NCBI GenBank assembly: GCA_963719085.1
Contig: CAVRAL010000004.1
Location: 1,056,001 to 1,120,000, forward strand
Length of the DNA: 64,000 bases
Origin: a candidate division FCPU426 bacterium
GTDB taxonomy: Bacteria > Oederibacteriota > Muellerivitia > Muellerivitales > Muellerivitaceae
Direction: 5' to 3'
A program made the position numbers and the translations under genes. Below are positions 8,948 through 17,800 of the stretch, piece by piece. The notes below the pieces were generated by a model, which was given only the letters and a program-made list of their open reading frames with translations, did no database searches and was not told where the DNA came from. Every line of letters begins with the position of its first letter. Within the stretch, counting starts at the first letter, position 1.

Positions 8948-9586
8948 ATGGGTCCGGGCGGCTGGGTTTTATTGGGGCTGATGGGCGGCGTCTTTATTTA
9001 CGGGCTCCTCGCGGCAACGCCTTTCGGCTCAAAGCTTAAAAACCAGAAGGCGGCCTCCGGTCCCCCCGCTCCCTTGGTGTTGGAACCCGCCGCCGCTGAA
9101 AGGGTCGAGTCCCTCACCCAGCCTTGGCAAAAAGAACTAGCCGCCCAATTGATTCAAGAGGGTTTTGAGTTGTTAGGCGACTTCGCCTACGCCTCCACGG
9201 AATTTTTTTGGGCCAAAACTTTTTTGTCCCCGGATAAAAACGCGGCCTTACTTCTGGTTAATTGGAAAGAAGGCGGCAAGTACGGCGCGCCCATCACCAC
9301 CAACGTTGAAATTTATTCCCTGGGGGAAAAAGAGGGCCGGGAAGATTTTATCGTGACCGCTTGCGCCCAGGACGGCGCCGCCCGGCTTTTGACCGGCGCC
9401 AACCGCCCCCGGCCCGAGCAAATGTCCCTTCATTTGAAGCTGGTCTTTAACGCGGTGGCGGTGCGGCCGCTCATGGCCGAGCACCAAGCCCGTTTGGAAG
9501 CCTGGCAAAGGGAAGGGACGCGGATCCAGGCCCTTCAAGCCTCTTCGGCCTTGAGGGGCCTGGCCAAGATTTTTTCAGGAGCGTAA
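8948..9586 (+). CDS. Hypothetical membrane-anchored protein
   Basis: Long ORF with an N-terminal hydrophobic segment; no recognised motif; start uncertain (8936 or 8948). Confidence 0.6.
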   Translation: MGPGGWVLLGLMGGVFIYGLLAATPFGSKLKNQKAASGPPAPLVLEPAAAERVESLTQPWQKELAAQLIQEGFELLGDFAYASTEFFWAKTFLSPDKNAALLLVNWKEGGKYGAPITTNVEIYSLGEKEGREDFIVTACAQDGAARLLTGANRPRPEQMSLHLKLVFNAVAVRPLMAEHQARLEAWQREGTRIQALQASSALRGLAKIFSGA

Positions 9587-9587
9587 C

Positions 9588-9995
9588 TTACTTGAGGCCG
9601 ATCGCTTTTTTCCAAGCCTCGGTGGGTTCTAAAAGCCTGCGGGTTTGAAGGTCGAAAAGCCCCACCACGAAAACAGCTTCCGCCGCGATGGTCCCGTCTT
9701 CCTTCAACATTTTTTGGGCGCAATGGCCGATTTTTCCCCGGTAGTCCGTCATTTCGGTGGTGATCCTTATTTTTTCCCGCAAGGTGAGTTCTTTTTTAAA
9801 TTTGACCGTGCATTCCAAAACGACCGGGCCCTGTTTGGTTTGTTGGATAAACCGCAGGTCATAGCCGTTTTGGGTGATCCATTCCCAGCGGGCCTCCTCG
9901 AACAAAACCATATAAGCCGCGTTGTTGACGTGGTTGAAACTATCCAGATGGGATTCCCGAATCAGGACGTTATAAACAGAGGAGGAAGCGGACAT
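9588..9995 (-). CDS. Acyl-CoA thioesterase (4HBT/YbgC hotdog fold)
   Basis: HLDSFNHVNNAAYMVLFEEARW. Confidence 0.92.
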   Translation of the reverse strand: MSASSSVYNVLIRESHLDSFNHVNNAAYMVLFEEARWEWITQNGYDLRFIQQTKQGPVVLECTVKFKKELTLREKIRITTEMTDYRGKIGHCAQKMLKEDGTIAAEAVFVVGLFDLQTRRLLEPTEAWKKAIGLK

Positions 9996-10038
9996 GAAAA
10001 ATCCTTTTTAAAAGAGGAATAACCTCGAATTTTCAAAT

Positions 10039-10197
10039 GAGAGTACAAGCTTGAACTAAGCCCGGAGCTCTTTACCTAAACAAGATTAGATGCCTGGACA
10101 AATGCCCAAGCTTTCGTGACTTTAACAGAGAGTCGAAACTTGGACAAATGCCCAAGCTTTCATAACTTTAACAGAGAGTAGAAGCTTGGACAAATGT
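10039..10197. repeat. 46-bp-period tandem repeat with a palindromic core
   Basis: TGGACAAATG recurs at 10095, 10141 and 10187. Core (A)AGCTTGGACA-AA-TGCCCAAGCTT is a near-palindrome. A degenerate copy lies around 10039-10070. Confidence 0.85.
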
Positions 10198-10220
10198 CAG
10201 TCAAGGCCCATTCAAAGGAA

Positions 10221-10248
10221 TTGAACCCGATGCCGGGGGTGGTATACT
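10221..10248 (+). promoter_or_regulatory. Sigma70-type promoter of dinB, likely leaderless
   Basis: TTGAAC-16 nt-TATACT with an extended TG; the ATG starts 6 nt after the -10 and no SD is visible. Confidence 0.6.
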
Positions 10249-10253
10249 GGTGT

Positions 10254-11510
10254 ATGCCTTCCAATCGAGTCATCGCCCATATCGATATGAATTCCTTTTT
10301 CGTCTCCTGCGAGAGGCTGGTGGACCCGGCTTTGAACTCAAAGCCGGTTATCGTAGGAGGGCGCAGGGGAGAGCGGGGCGTGGTGGCGTCCGCGTCTTAT
10401 GAGGCGCGCAAGTTCGGGGTGAAGTCGGGCATGCCGATCGTGACCGCGGAAAAACTTTGCCCGAACGCGGTCTTCGTTCCCGGGCACCACAAGCTTTACT
10501 CCAAATATTCCCGGAAAGTTTACGTGCTTTTGAGGAAGCTGGCGCCCGTGGTGGAATACGCGTCCATCGACGAGTATTACCTCGACTTCACCGGCTGCGA
10601 AGCCCTTTACGGCAAAGACCTTTGGGCCTTGGCCCGAAAGGTGCGGGACGCGGTTTTGGGGCGAACCCGGCTTTCTTGCACGGTGGCGATGGCGTCGAAT
10701 AAGTACGTGGCCAAGATCGCGGGTAAGACCGTGAAGCCGGATCTTTCTAAACCTCTCGGGGAGAATACCGGCGTCATTGTGGTGCGGTTGGGTGAGGAGC
10801 AAAATTTCTTGTCGGCGCTCTCCATTCAGCGCCTTCACGGAGCGGGAGAAAAAACCCAGCCCCGGCTGATGGAGATGCGGATAAGGACCATCGGCGATAT
10901 CCTGCCGATCCCGCTGGCGAAACTTCAAAAGTCCTTCGGGCCGTCGGCGGGGCAATGGCTTCATGACGCGGCCCGGGGCTTGGACGACTCGCCGGTGTCC
11001 GCTTTTCACCAGTCCAAAAGTGTGGGACACGAAACCACTTTCGCGGTTGATACGGACGATTCGACGCTGCTCAAGCAAACCCTGGCTTGGCTTTCCGAAA
11101 AAAGTTGTTACCGCCTCAGGATGCTTAAAAAAAAGGCCCGCACGGTCACCCTGAAGCTGCGGTATGACGATTTTCAAACCCTCACGCGCGCCCGAACCAT
11201 TAAAGAAACCCAGGATGACGCGGCGGTCATGGAAACCGCTTGGTCGCTTTTCGAGGAAGCCCATGTGCGCCGCCGCAAGATCCGGCTGCTCGGGGTTTCC
11301 CTCTCCAAATTCGAGGCGGGCGAGGAGGCCCAGTGGCTGTTCCCCGAGATGAGCTCCAAGAAAAAAGAAGCCCTTTACCAAAGCGTGGACGCCATCAAGC
11401 GTAAATATGGGTTTCACAAATTGGAAAAAGCCGCGTCCCTGGATTTGAGGCCCCCCCGAGAGCGCCGCGCGGGAGGTCCTTCGGTTTTCCAAAAGCCTAA
11501 AACCCGTTGA
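10254..11510 (+). CDS. dinB: DNA polymerase IV (Y family)
   Basis: HIDMNSFFVSCE, RGVVASASYEARKFGVKSGMP, SIDEYYLD, KSVGHETTF, IRLLGV. Confidence 0.96.
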   Translation: MPSNRVIAHIDMNSFFVSCERLVDPALNSKPVIVGGRRGERGVVASASYEARKFGVKSGMPIVTAEKLCPNAVFVPGHHKLYSKYSRKVYVLLRKLAPVVEYASIDEYYLDFTGCEALYGKDLWALARKVRDAVLGRTRLSCTVAMASNKYVAKIAGKTVKPDLSKPLGENTGVIVVRLGEEQNFLSALSIQRLHGAGEKTQPRLMEMRIRTIGDILPIPLAKLQKSFGPSAGQWLHDAARGLDDSPVSAFHQSKSVGHETTFAVDTDDSTLLKQTLAWLSEKSCYRLRMLKKKARTVTLKLRYDDFQTLTRARTIKETQDDAAVMETAWSLFEEAHVRRRKIRLLGVSLSKFEAGEEAQWLFPEMSSKKKEALYQSVDAIKRKYGFHKLEKAASLDLRPPRERRAGGPSVFQKPKTR

Positions 11511-11579
11511 ATTCGTTTTTGCCCGCCCGCCGCTTGGGATACCATAGGAGCGTGAGAAACCGCCAAGGAGAAGCGCCCG

Positions 11580-12215
11580 ATGGCTTCAACGGCTAAACCG
11601 AATCCGCCCGCACTAGTGCCGCCCCTGTCCCGGTTTCTGCTTTGGCAGATCGTCGGGTTGGTGGGCTTTTTACATATTCTTTATTACGCCCCGGCCGGTG
11701 ATCCCACGCCGTTGGTGTTTCTTTGCAATGCCGTTGTTTTTTTGGCCGTCTATCCCGTCCTTTATTTTTACCACCGGTTTTCGATCCCCGCGTTTTTAAA
11801 GATTCTCATCTCGCCCCTTCAGGCGGGACTGCAGGTTTTTTTACTGATCACGACTTATATTTGGGTGACTTACGTCCTTTACGCCTCGCATTTCACCTTG
11901 GATCACGTGGCGGTTTGGGAAGTGTTCGCCACTTATTATCCGGTCCTTTTTGTTTTGTTCGCGGTGGATTATATTTTCTTTTTTCAGCATCTTTTCGGGG
12001 TCAGCGGCCATGAGCATAATTTTTGGTCCTCGGCGGGGATCCTGTCGGACGCGGTAAGCGGCGTGGTTTTGGGCTACGGCTTGGGCCGGACCCTGGATAC
12101 CAAGTGGGGAATTTTTTTCGGATCGGATCCGGTCCGGGTGGTGTTTTGGATGATGTTCATTTTGGTGGGTGTGGCGGCGGTGGTCTGGTTCAACGCCAAA
12201 ACGCGGAAAGGCTGA
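11580..12215 (+). CDS. Hypothetical polytopic membrane protein
   Basis: About six hydrophobic segments; AGGAG RBS; paralog of the next gene. Confidence 0.75.
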   Translation: MASTAKPNPPALVPPLSRFLLWQIVGLVGFLHILYYAPAGDPTPLVFLCNAVVFLAVYPVLYFYHRFSIPAFLKILISPLQAGLQVFLLITTYIWVTYVLYASHFTLDHVAVWEVFATYYPVLFVLFAVDYIFFFQHLFGVSGHEHNFWSSAGILSDAVSGVVLGYGLGRTLDTKWGIFFGSDPVRVVFWMMFILVGVAAVVWFNAKTRKG

Positions 12216-12218
12216 ACC

Positions 12219-12842
12219 TTGGCGGACGATTCGCAAAAAACCTCGAAGAAAAAAACAAAAGAATCCCGATCCCCTTGGCGTTTGCTTTTTTGGGAAGGCT
12301 TGGCCCTGTTGGGGTTCTATTGGCTTTCCCGGCACCCCGTGCCGATTGATTTTAAAACGGTTCCTTTCCGGGACAACGCCTTGTTTTTTCTTATCGCGTA
12401 CCCGCTTTTGTTTATTTATCGCTGGATGGGCGTGGACGGATTTTTAGGGGTGTTACTGGGGCCCGTGGCTTGGGTTCTCAGTTGGGTTTTGGGTGTTTCA
12501 ATTTATCTTTGGACCGAGTACGGGTTTTTATTGGCCCATTTGCCCTACGCCGGGATTTTAAAGGTTCACTGGATCGGAATGGGCCTTCTTTTTATCCCGC
12601 TTTACCTGTTGTTCTTCCGCAACTTTATGGGGATCAGCCGGATTTATTACACCATGGAAGAGTGCCTGGCTTTATGCCTTTGGGTCGCCTTGGGCGGCGG
12701 CGGGGGATTTTTATTGGGTAAATTTTTAGACGATCATCTTCAGCAGACGGCCTTCATCCAAAATTACCGGTTTATCCTTTGGCTGCTCTTGATTTGGTTG
12801 GGCATGGTTTTAGCGCTGCTCGTTGCGCGTAAAAAGAAGTGA
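12219..12842 (+). CDS. Hypothetical polytopic membrane protein, paralog of the previous gene
   Basis: About six TM segments; aligned motifs shared with 11580-12215. Confidence 0.75.
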   Translation: MADDSQKTSKKKTKESRSPWRLLFWEGLALLGFYWLSRHPVPIDFKTVPFRDNALFFLIAYPLLFIYRWMGVDGFLGVLLGPVAWVLSWVLGVSIYLWTEYGFLLAHLPYAGILKVHWIGMGLLFIPLYLLFFRNFMGISRIYYTMEECLALCLWVALGGGGGFLLGKFLDDHLQQTAFIQNYRFILWLLLIWLGMVLALLVARKKK

Positions 12843-12848
12843 GGAACC

Positions 12849-13322
12849 GTGGCTAATTTATTTCCCGGACGCTATACGGCCCAAATGGAAGGGTCCTTCG
12901 TGCTTTTTATCATCGGCATGAGGATCAATTATTTTTGGAGGATCCATCAATGGCTTCCAGTGGCGATGGCCATGCCGCCCCTGGTGAAGGCTTTGGAAAA
13001 AGACCCCGCCAAGGGTTATTTACACGGCGAGTTTTTTAGGTATAAGCGGGGAGCGGCCTGGGTTCAATACTGGAAGTCTTTCGAGGACTTGGAGCGCTTT
13101 GCCCGGTCGCCCGAGGAACCCCATCTGGCGGCCTGGCAAATGTTCAACCGAAAGGTCAGCGTGAATGGCTCGGTCGGGATATGGCACGAGACGTACCGGG
13201 TTGAGTCGGGACAATCCGAATCGATTTACAACAATATGCCGGTATTCGGCTTGGCGAAGGCCGGCCGCCATGTCCCCGCCGACGCGGCCTATGAGACGGC
13301 CCGGCGCCGGTCGGGCCGATAA
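12849..13322 (+). CDS. DUF4188 family protein (dimeric alpha-beta barrel, monooxygenase-like)
   Basis: FVLFIIGMRIN, VQYWKSFEDLERFAR, HLAAW, VGIWHETY, ESIYNNMP.FGL. Confidence 0.85.
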   Translation: MANLFPGRYTAQMEGSFVLFIIGMRINYFWRIHQWLPVAMAMPPLVKALEKDPAKGYLHGEFFRYKRGAAWVQYWKSFEDLERFARSPEEPHLAAWQMFNRKVSVNGSVGIWHETYRVESGQSESIYNNMPVFGLAKAGRHVPADAAYETARRRSGR

Positions 13323-13378
13323 GCTGATTTCGCCATTGAGCCATCCAGGCCGTTGAAAATACCGCGCGAGGAACTCCT

Positions 13379-15136
13379 TTGACCTTCATCAGTTTTCGAA
13401 CCAAGTTCACGATCCTCACGGTTCTTTTATCCACGATCGCCACGGGTTTTTTGGGGGGCTATTTGGTTTGGAAGTCCTATGGGTCCCTGCGGCTTCAAGC
13501 CCAAGAAGCCGAGTTGGCCCTGGCCAAGAGCATGGCGTGGCAGGTCAATCACGGGTTATCCCGGGCTTTTCAAGCGGTGGAGGCGCTTTCGAGAAAACCT
13601 GAAATGTCGGGGACGCAGCGACTGGCCATGATCTCGGAGTTGAACCTGGTGACCAATGACACGGAACTTTTGGACGGGCTGGTCCTCTATGACCTGAAGG
13701 GCCGTCCCATCGCTCGAAGCATTTTGAGCTTAAGTGAGAAAGATTTTCCGCCCGATTCTTTTATCCGCGAGAACGTGGCGCGCGCCGGCGAATTGAAGGG
13801 ATCGGTTTTGGTCAGGGTCTATCAGACGTCTTCCCATAATTGGGGTGTTGGGATCAGCGCGCCGATTTGGGATGGAAGGCGGTTAAAAGGAATATTGGTG
13901 GGGTTGCTTTACCTGCCCAACCACACCATCGGCGATTTAAAGACGGCTCAAATCGGAAAAAGCGGCTATGTTTATTTGATGGACGACCAGTCCGAACCCC
14001 TGGTCCAGCCTGATGAAACCACGCTGGCGGAAGCGCCGTTGCCCAATCCGGCGGTCCTGGCCCTGCGCCCGCTGAAGGAAGGTGTGGCGCAATTTCGGGA
14101 CGCTAATGGCGAGGAAATTTTGGCGGCCTACGCCGCGGTCCCTTCCGCCAACTGGGGGGTGGTGGTCCGGGAGTCGGCGGATGAATGCTACGCGCCGGCG
14201 GACCACATGCTGAAGTTCATGACTTGTTTTCTGGGGCTTTCATTGTTATTCACGCTGATTGTAGCCTTGGCGATTTCAAAGCGAATGGTGGAGCCCTTAT
14301 TGCGGTTGACCCAAAGGGTGCAAGCTTACAAGACCGATTCCCCGCCTAACCGCTTTTCGGACGCCCACGAGCCCCAGGATGAGATCGGGATTTTAAACCA
14401 GGCGCTCGGCAGTATGGCCCGCCGCATCCAGATCGACGCCCAGGCCCGGGAAAAGGCGCTCCTGAGGGCATTGCAATTTGAGCGAAAACTTTCCGAATCC
14501 GAGCGCTTGGCCGCCATCGGCCAATTGGCGGCGGGATTGGCCCATGAGCTCAATAATCCCCTGACCGTGATCTTGGGATCGGCCCAATTGGCCCGGGAAT
14601 CCAAAGGAAAGGTTTTGCGGCAATGGATCGATACTATTCTCAACGAATCGGAAAGATGCCAAAGGCTTGTCCGGGATTTGTTGGATTTCGCCCGGCCGAG
14701 GAAGCTTCGTTTCCGTAAAACGGATTTAACCCTTTTGGCCCGGCAAACCTGGGAACAGTTGAGCATGGGGTCTTTGACCCATTTAAAGCTTGAAATGCGT
14801 GAAGCCAGGTTCACGGCCCGCGTGGATCCGGATCGGTTTAAACAAGTCTTGATTAACATCTTCTCAAACGCCCGGGAGGCCATGTCGTCCGGGATGGTCG
14901 AAGTGGTTTTTCAACGAAGGGGGCGCACAGTGCTGATGTCGGTCCGGGACCAAGGGGAGGGGTTTCAGCCAAAAAACCCTGAGGTTTTATTTCGGCCCTT
15001 TTTTACCACCAAATCCTCGGGGACCGGATTAGGGCTGGCCATAGCCCGGGCGATCATGCAATCCCATGGCGGCCGAATCTGGGCCGCGCGAAATAAGCCC
15101 CGGGGATCGGTGTTTCATTTGCAATGGAAGGGTTAA
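13379..15136 (+). CDS. Sensor histidine kinase (TM-Cache-TM-HAMP-HisKA-HATPase)
   Basis: Two TM helices around a Cache-like region (IGKSGYVYLMD); AHELNNPL, N box, DQGEG, PFFTTK, GTGLGL. Confidence 0.95.
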   Translation: MTFISFRTKFTILTVLLSTIATGFLGGYLVWKSYGSLRLQAQEAELALAKSMAWQVNHGLSRAFQAVEALSRKPEMSGTQRLAMISELNLVTNDTELLDGLVLYDLKGRPIARSILSLSEKDFPPDSFIRENVARAGELKGSVLVRVYQTSSHNWGVGISAPIWDGRRLKGILVGLLYLPNHTIGDLKTAQIGKSGYVYLMDDQSEPLVQPDETTLAEAPLPNPAVLALRPLKEGVAQFRDANGEEILAAYAAVPSANWGVVVRESADECYAPADHMLKFMTCFLGLSLLFTLIVALAISKRMVEPLLRLTQRVQAYKTDSPPNRFSDAHEPQDEIGILNQALGSMARRIQIDAQAREKALLRALQFERKLSESERLAAIGQLAAGLAHELNNPLTVILGSAQLARESKGKVLRQWIDTILNESERCQRLVRDLLDFARPRKLRFRKTDLTLLARQTWEQLSMGSLTHLKLEMREARFTARVDPDRFKQVLINIFSNAREAMSSGMVEVVFQRRGRTVLMSVRDQGEGFQPKNPEVLFRPFFTTKSSGTGLGLAIARAIMQSHGGRIWAARNKPRGSVFHLQWKG

Positions 15137-15175
15137 AGGCGCCGAAAGATTTTCACAAGCAAGGAGCCGAATCAT

Positions 15176-16549
15176 ATGCCTGAAAAAGAAAAAATCCTCG
15201 TGGTGGATGACGAGCCGGGAGTCCGCCAACTTTTGAAGGCTCTATTGGAACAAAAGGGCTACCGGGCCACTTGTTTGGAACGGGCGGAAGACGCCGTGGA
15301 GATATTGGGCCGGGAGCGTTTTTCCCTCATTCTGACCGATCTTCGGCTGCCGGGAATGAAGGGCGAGGAATTGGTCGCCTGGATGAAACGGCAAAGGATT
15401 CGCACCCCCGTCATCGTGATTTCGGCCTTCGGGGATCAGTCGAAAATCGTCGAGGTCATCAGACGCGGGGCCGATGATTATTTGTCCAAGCCTTTTAAGC
15501 CCGAGGATTTGGAAATCGTGATCCTGAAGTCATTGGCCAAAAACCGGCTAGTGGCGGAAAATGAAAAGCTCCGAAAAGAGATTTCCGGGGGAGCCTTGGG
15601 CGGTATGGTGGGGCGTTCCCGGCCCATGGAAAATGTTTTTCAAATTTTGCGCAAGCTGGCCGCCAGTTCCTATACGGTTTTGATCACCGGGGAGTCGGGG
15701 GTGGGGAAGGAATTGGCCGCCCGGGCGATTCACGAACTTTCACCCCGGGCCCAGGGCCCCTTTGTGCAAATCAACGCGGGTAGTCTTCCGGTTTCCTTAT
15801 TCGAGGCCGAGCTTTTCGGCGTTTTGAAAGGGGCCTATACGGACGCCGTCCAAAGCCGGGACGGCCTTTTTCAGGCCGCCCATGGCGGAACCCTTTTTTT
15901 GGATGAGGTCGCTGAGATCCCCATGGAAGTCCAAGCCAAGCTTCTGCGGGTTTTGGAATCAGGCGAGGTCAAGGTTTTAGGCGAGAGTCGATCCAAAAAA
16001 GTGGATGTCCGCGTGGTGGCGGCGACGAATCGGGATCTAAACGCCATGGTGGAAGCCGGGCAATTTCGTAAGGATTTATTTTATCGTCTATCGGTTTTGC
16101 CTATTTCGATCCCGCCCTTGCGGGAAAGACGGGAAGACATCCCGCTTTTAGTGGATTGTTTTTTAAGGCGGCAGGAAAGTTTGGGGAATGAGCAAAAGCA
16201 TCTGTCGGTGGAAGGGATCAAGGCCCTGGTTTCTCATTCTTGGCCGGGGAACGTGCGGGAGCTGAAAAACACGTTGGAACGGGCCATTCTTCTGGCGGAC
16301 GGCAGTGAAATTGACGCGGAGGATTTGTTTTTACCCCTGCGCGCGGATGGACTGGCCTACGGCGGGAAGTTCCGGGAGGCCAAGCGGGAGCATTTGCAAG
16401 CTTTTGAAAAGAACTATTTAAGCCAGCTTTTGCGCCAGAGCGCCGGGAATGTTTCAAAGGCCGCGTTGGAGGCGGGGTTGGCCCGCCGGAATTTTCAAAA
16501 TTTGCTTAAAAAACATCACTTAAAACCCTCTGCTTTTAAAAAAGGCTGA
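15176..16549 (+). CDS. Sigma54-dependent response regulator (NtrC/PilR family)
   Basis: REC domain (VVDDE, TDLRLP), GESGVGKE, GAYTDA (GAFTGA-like), LFLDEV, WPGNVREL, C-terminal Fis-type HTH. Confidence 0.96.
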   Translation: MPEKEKILVVDDEPGVRQLLKALLEQKGYRATCLERAEDAVEILGRERFSLILTDLRLPGMKGEELVAWMKRQRIRTPVIVISAFGDQSKIVEVIRRGADDYLSKPFKPEDLEIVILKSLAKNRLVAENEKLRKEISGGALGGMVGRSRPMENVFQILRKLAASSYTVLITGESGVGKELAARAIHELSPRAQGPFVQINAGSLPVSLFEAELFGVLKGAYTDAVQSRDGLFQAAHGGTLFLDEVAEIPMEVQAKLLRVLESGEVKVLGESRSKKVDVRVVAATNRDLNAMVEAGQFRKDLFYRLSVLPISIPPLRERREDIPLLVDCFLRRQESLGNEQKHLSVEGIKALVSHSWPGNVRELKNTLERAILLADGSEIDAEDLFLPLRADGLAYGGKFREAKREHLQAFEKNYLSQLLRQSAGNVSKAALEAGLARRNFQNLLKKHHLKPSAFKKG

Positions 16550-16592
16550 TCTTTCCAAATCTCCCCAATCGAATGGAATGGCTCCCGGAAGA

Positions 16593-16629
16593 TGCATTAA
16601 AAAAAACGCATTTTGTATTTTTGAATGCA
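16593..16629. promoter_or_regulatory. Candidate upstream activator sites for the sigma54 activator
   Basis: TGCATT-N6-AACGCA and TGTATT-N4-AATGCA imperfect palindromes about 80-110 bp upstream of the predicted start site. Confidence 0.45.
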
Positions 16630-16678
16630 CCTTAATCTCCTGGGTTTATCGAATAACTGCAAAAAAACAACATTTCCA

Positions 16679-16694
16679 TGGCACGGTTCCTGCT
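16679..16694 (+). promoter_or_regulatory. Sigma54 -24/-12 promoter
   Basis: TGGCACGGTTCCTGCT: GG(16680-81)-N10-GC(16692-93), close to the TGGCACG-N4-TTGCW consensus. Confidence 0.85.
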
Positions 16695-16730
16695 TTAAGG
16701 GATGGGAATGTCGTTCAGGTTGGGGGGAGT

Positions 16731-16922
16731 ATGAGGCGTTTTTTAGAAATATTGTTTCTTTTATCGATCGTCTTGATGAGTTTTGGGGTTACGAAAGTCA
16801 AACGAGGAGTCTTATTCTTCGGATGGCATCCGGTGCGGATGACGGTTCCCGCGCCCCCCATGACGGCGGTGAATGAAAAACCCTCCCAAAAGATCGCCAT
16901 TAAAGATTTAAAAAGTTATTAA
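16731..16922 (+). CDS. Small (63 aa) hypothetical protein with an N-terminal hydrophobic helix
   Basis: ATG preceded by GGGGGGAG, just downstream of the sigma54 promoter; MRRFLEILFLLSIVLMSFG. Confidence 0.5.
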   Translation: MRRFLEILFLLSIVLMSFGVTKVKRGVLFFGWHPVRMTVPAPPMTAVNEKPSQKIAIKDLKSY

Positions 16923-16999
16923 AGGTTTTCGGCCGCGGATTCTTTTGGGTCAAAAAGGGATCCAGGTTAAGTCCATTCAAAGGTTTTGGAGGAAGAAAA

Positions 17000-17458
17000 A
17001 TGGTTCGTCAAAAAGCTAAAAAAGGGTTTACGCTCATTGAGTTGATGATCGTGGTCGCGATCATCGGTATTTTGGCCGCTATCGCTATCCCGCGTTTCGC
17101 CCAGATGCTTGAGAAGTCGCGCGAGGGCGCTACCAAGGGAAACTTGGGCAGCTTCAAGTCGGCGGCTTCGATTTATTATGGGGACGTGCAAGGCGTGTGG
17201 CCGACGACGCTTAATTCCCAGTCCGTTTACTCCTTCAGCAAGTACCTGGATAATATCTATCCGGTGAAAGTCACGGGAGCTTTTGTGGCCGGTTCGAAGA
17301 GCCCGGCGGGGAATAAAGTCGTGGTGGTCTCGCAATCGGTGGCTCCCACGGTCGGAAGCAGCGGTTGGATGTACGACAGCACGGGCGGAACCGTTTATGT
17401 CAACAGCACGGTTCAAGATTCCAAACAGATCCCCTATTCGTACTATGGGTTCGAATAG
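17000..17458 (+). CDS. Type IV pilin / pseudopilin (class III signal peptide)
   Basis: KKG|FTLIELMIVVAIIGILAAIAIP with E5; GGAGG RBS; has its own terminator. Confidence 0.95.
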   Translation: MVRQKAKKGFTLIELMIVVAIIGILAAIAIPRFAQMLEKSREGATKGNLGSFKSAASIYYGDVQGVWPTTLNSQSVYSFSKYLDNIYPVKVTGAFVAGSKSPAGNKVVVVSQSVAPTVGSSGWMYDSTGGTVYVNSTVQDSKQIPYSYYGFE

Positions 17459-17484
17459 AATTTTATCCTTAAGTGAATGACGCG

Positions 17485-17513
17485 AAAAGGGCGGCCTTCG
17501 GGCCGCCCTTTTT
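17485..17513 (+). terminator. Rho-independent terminator (bidirectional-type)
   Basis: AAAAGGGCGGCC-TTCG-GGCCGCCCTTTTT. Confidence 0.93.
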
Positions 17514-17800
17514 GGTTTAAGCGCGTAAGACGGCGGTTCAACATTCTCAAGTTCATTGCCGGCAACGCCCCGACAGAGCCTTAAATAAATCAATGAAACC
17601 CCAGCTTATCGATGCCTTTAAAAATCCTTTCGAATTCCAGCCCTCCCCCCAAACCGCCGGATCATTGTCTCGAGGCTCCCGGGGCCGCCGATGGCTAAAG
17701 CTGGGACGGGTTCACTTGTCTTGCGCGGATTATTTTTGTGCTAAGATGACGTCCTTATAGGGTTTGAGAAGCGCGCCGGATTTTCGGCAAAGGGGATTTC

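Noticed and set aside
10039..10197. Possible mini-CRISPR array
   Set aside because: The segments between palindromes are near-copies of each other, not unique spacers; the period is only 46 bp; no cas genes are in the window.
10338..11492. 384-aa ORF antisense to dinB
   Set aside because: Fully shadows a confident gene in GC-rich DNA; no recognisable domain.
16578..16730. Longer 114-aa version of the small ORF before the pilin
   Set aside because: It would span the enhancer and sigma54 promoter; ATG 16731 has the RBS.
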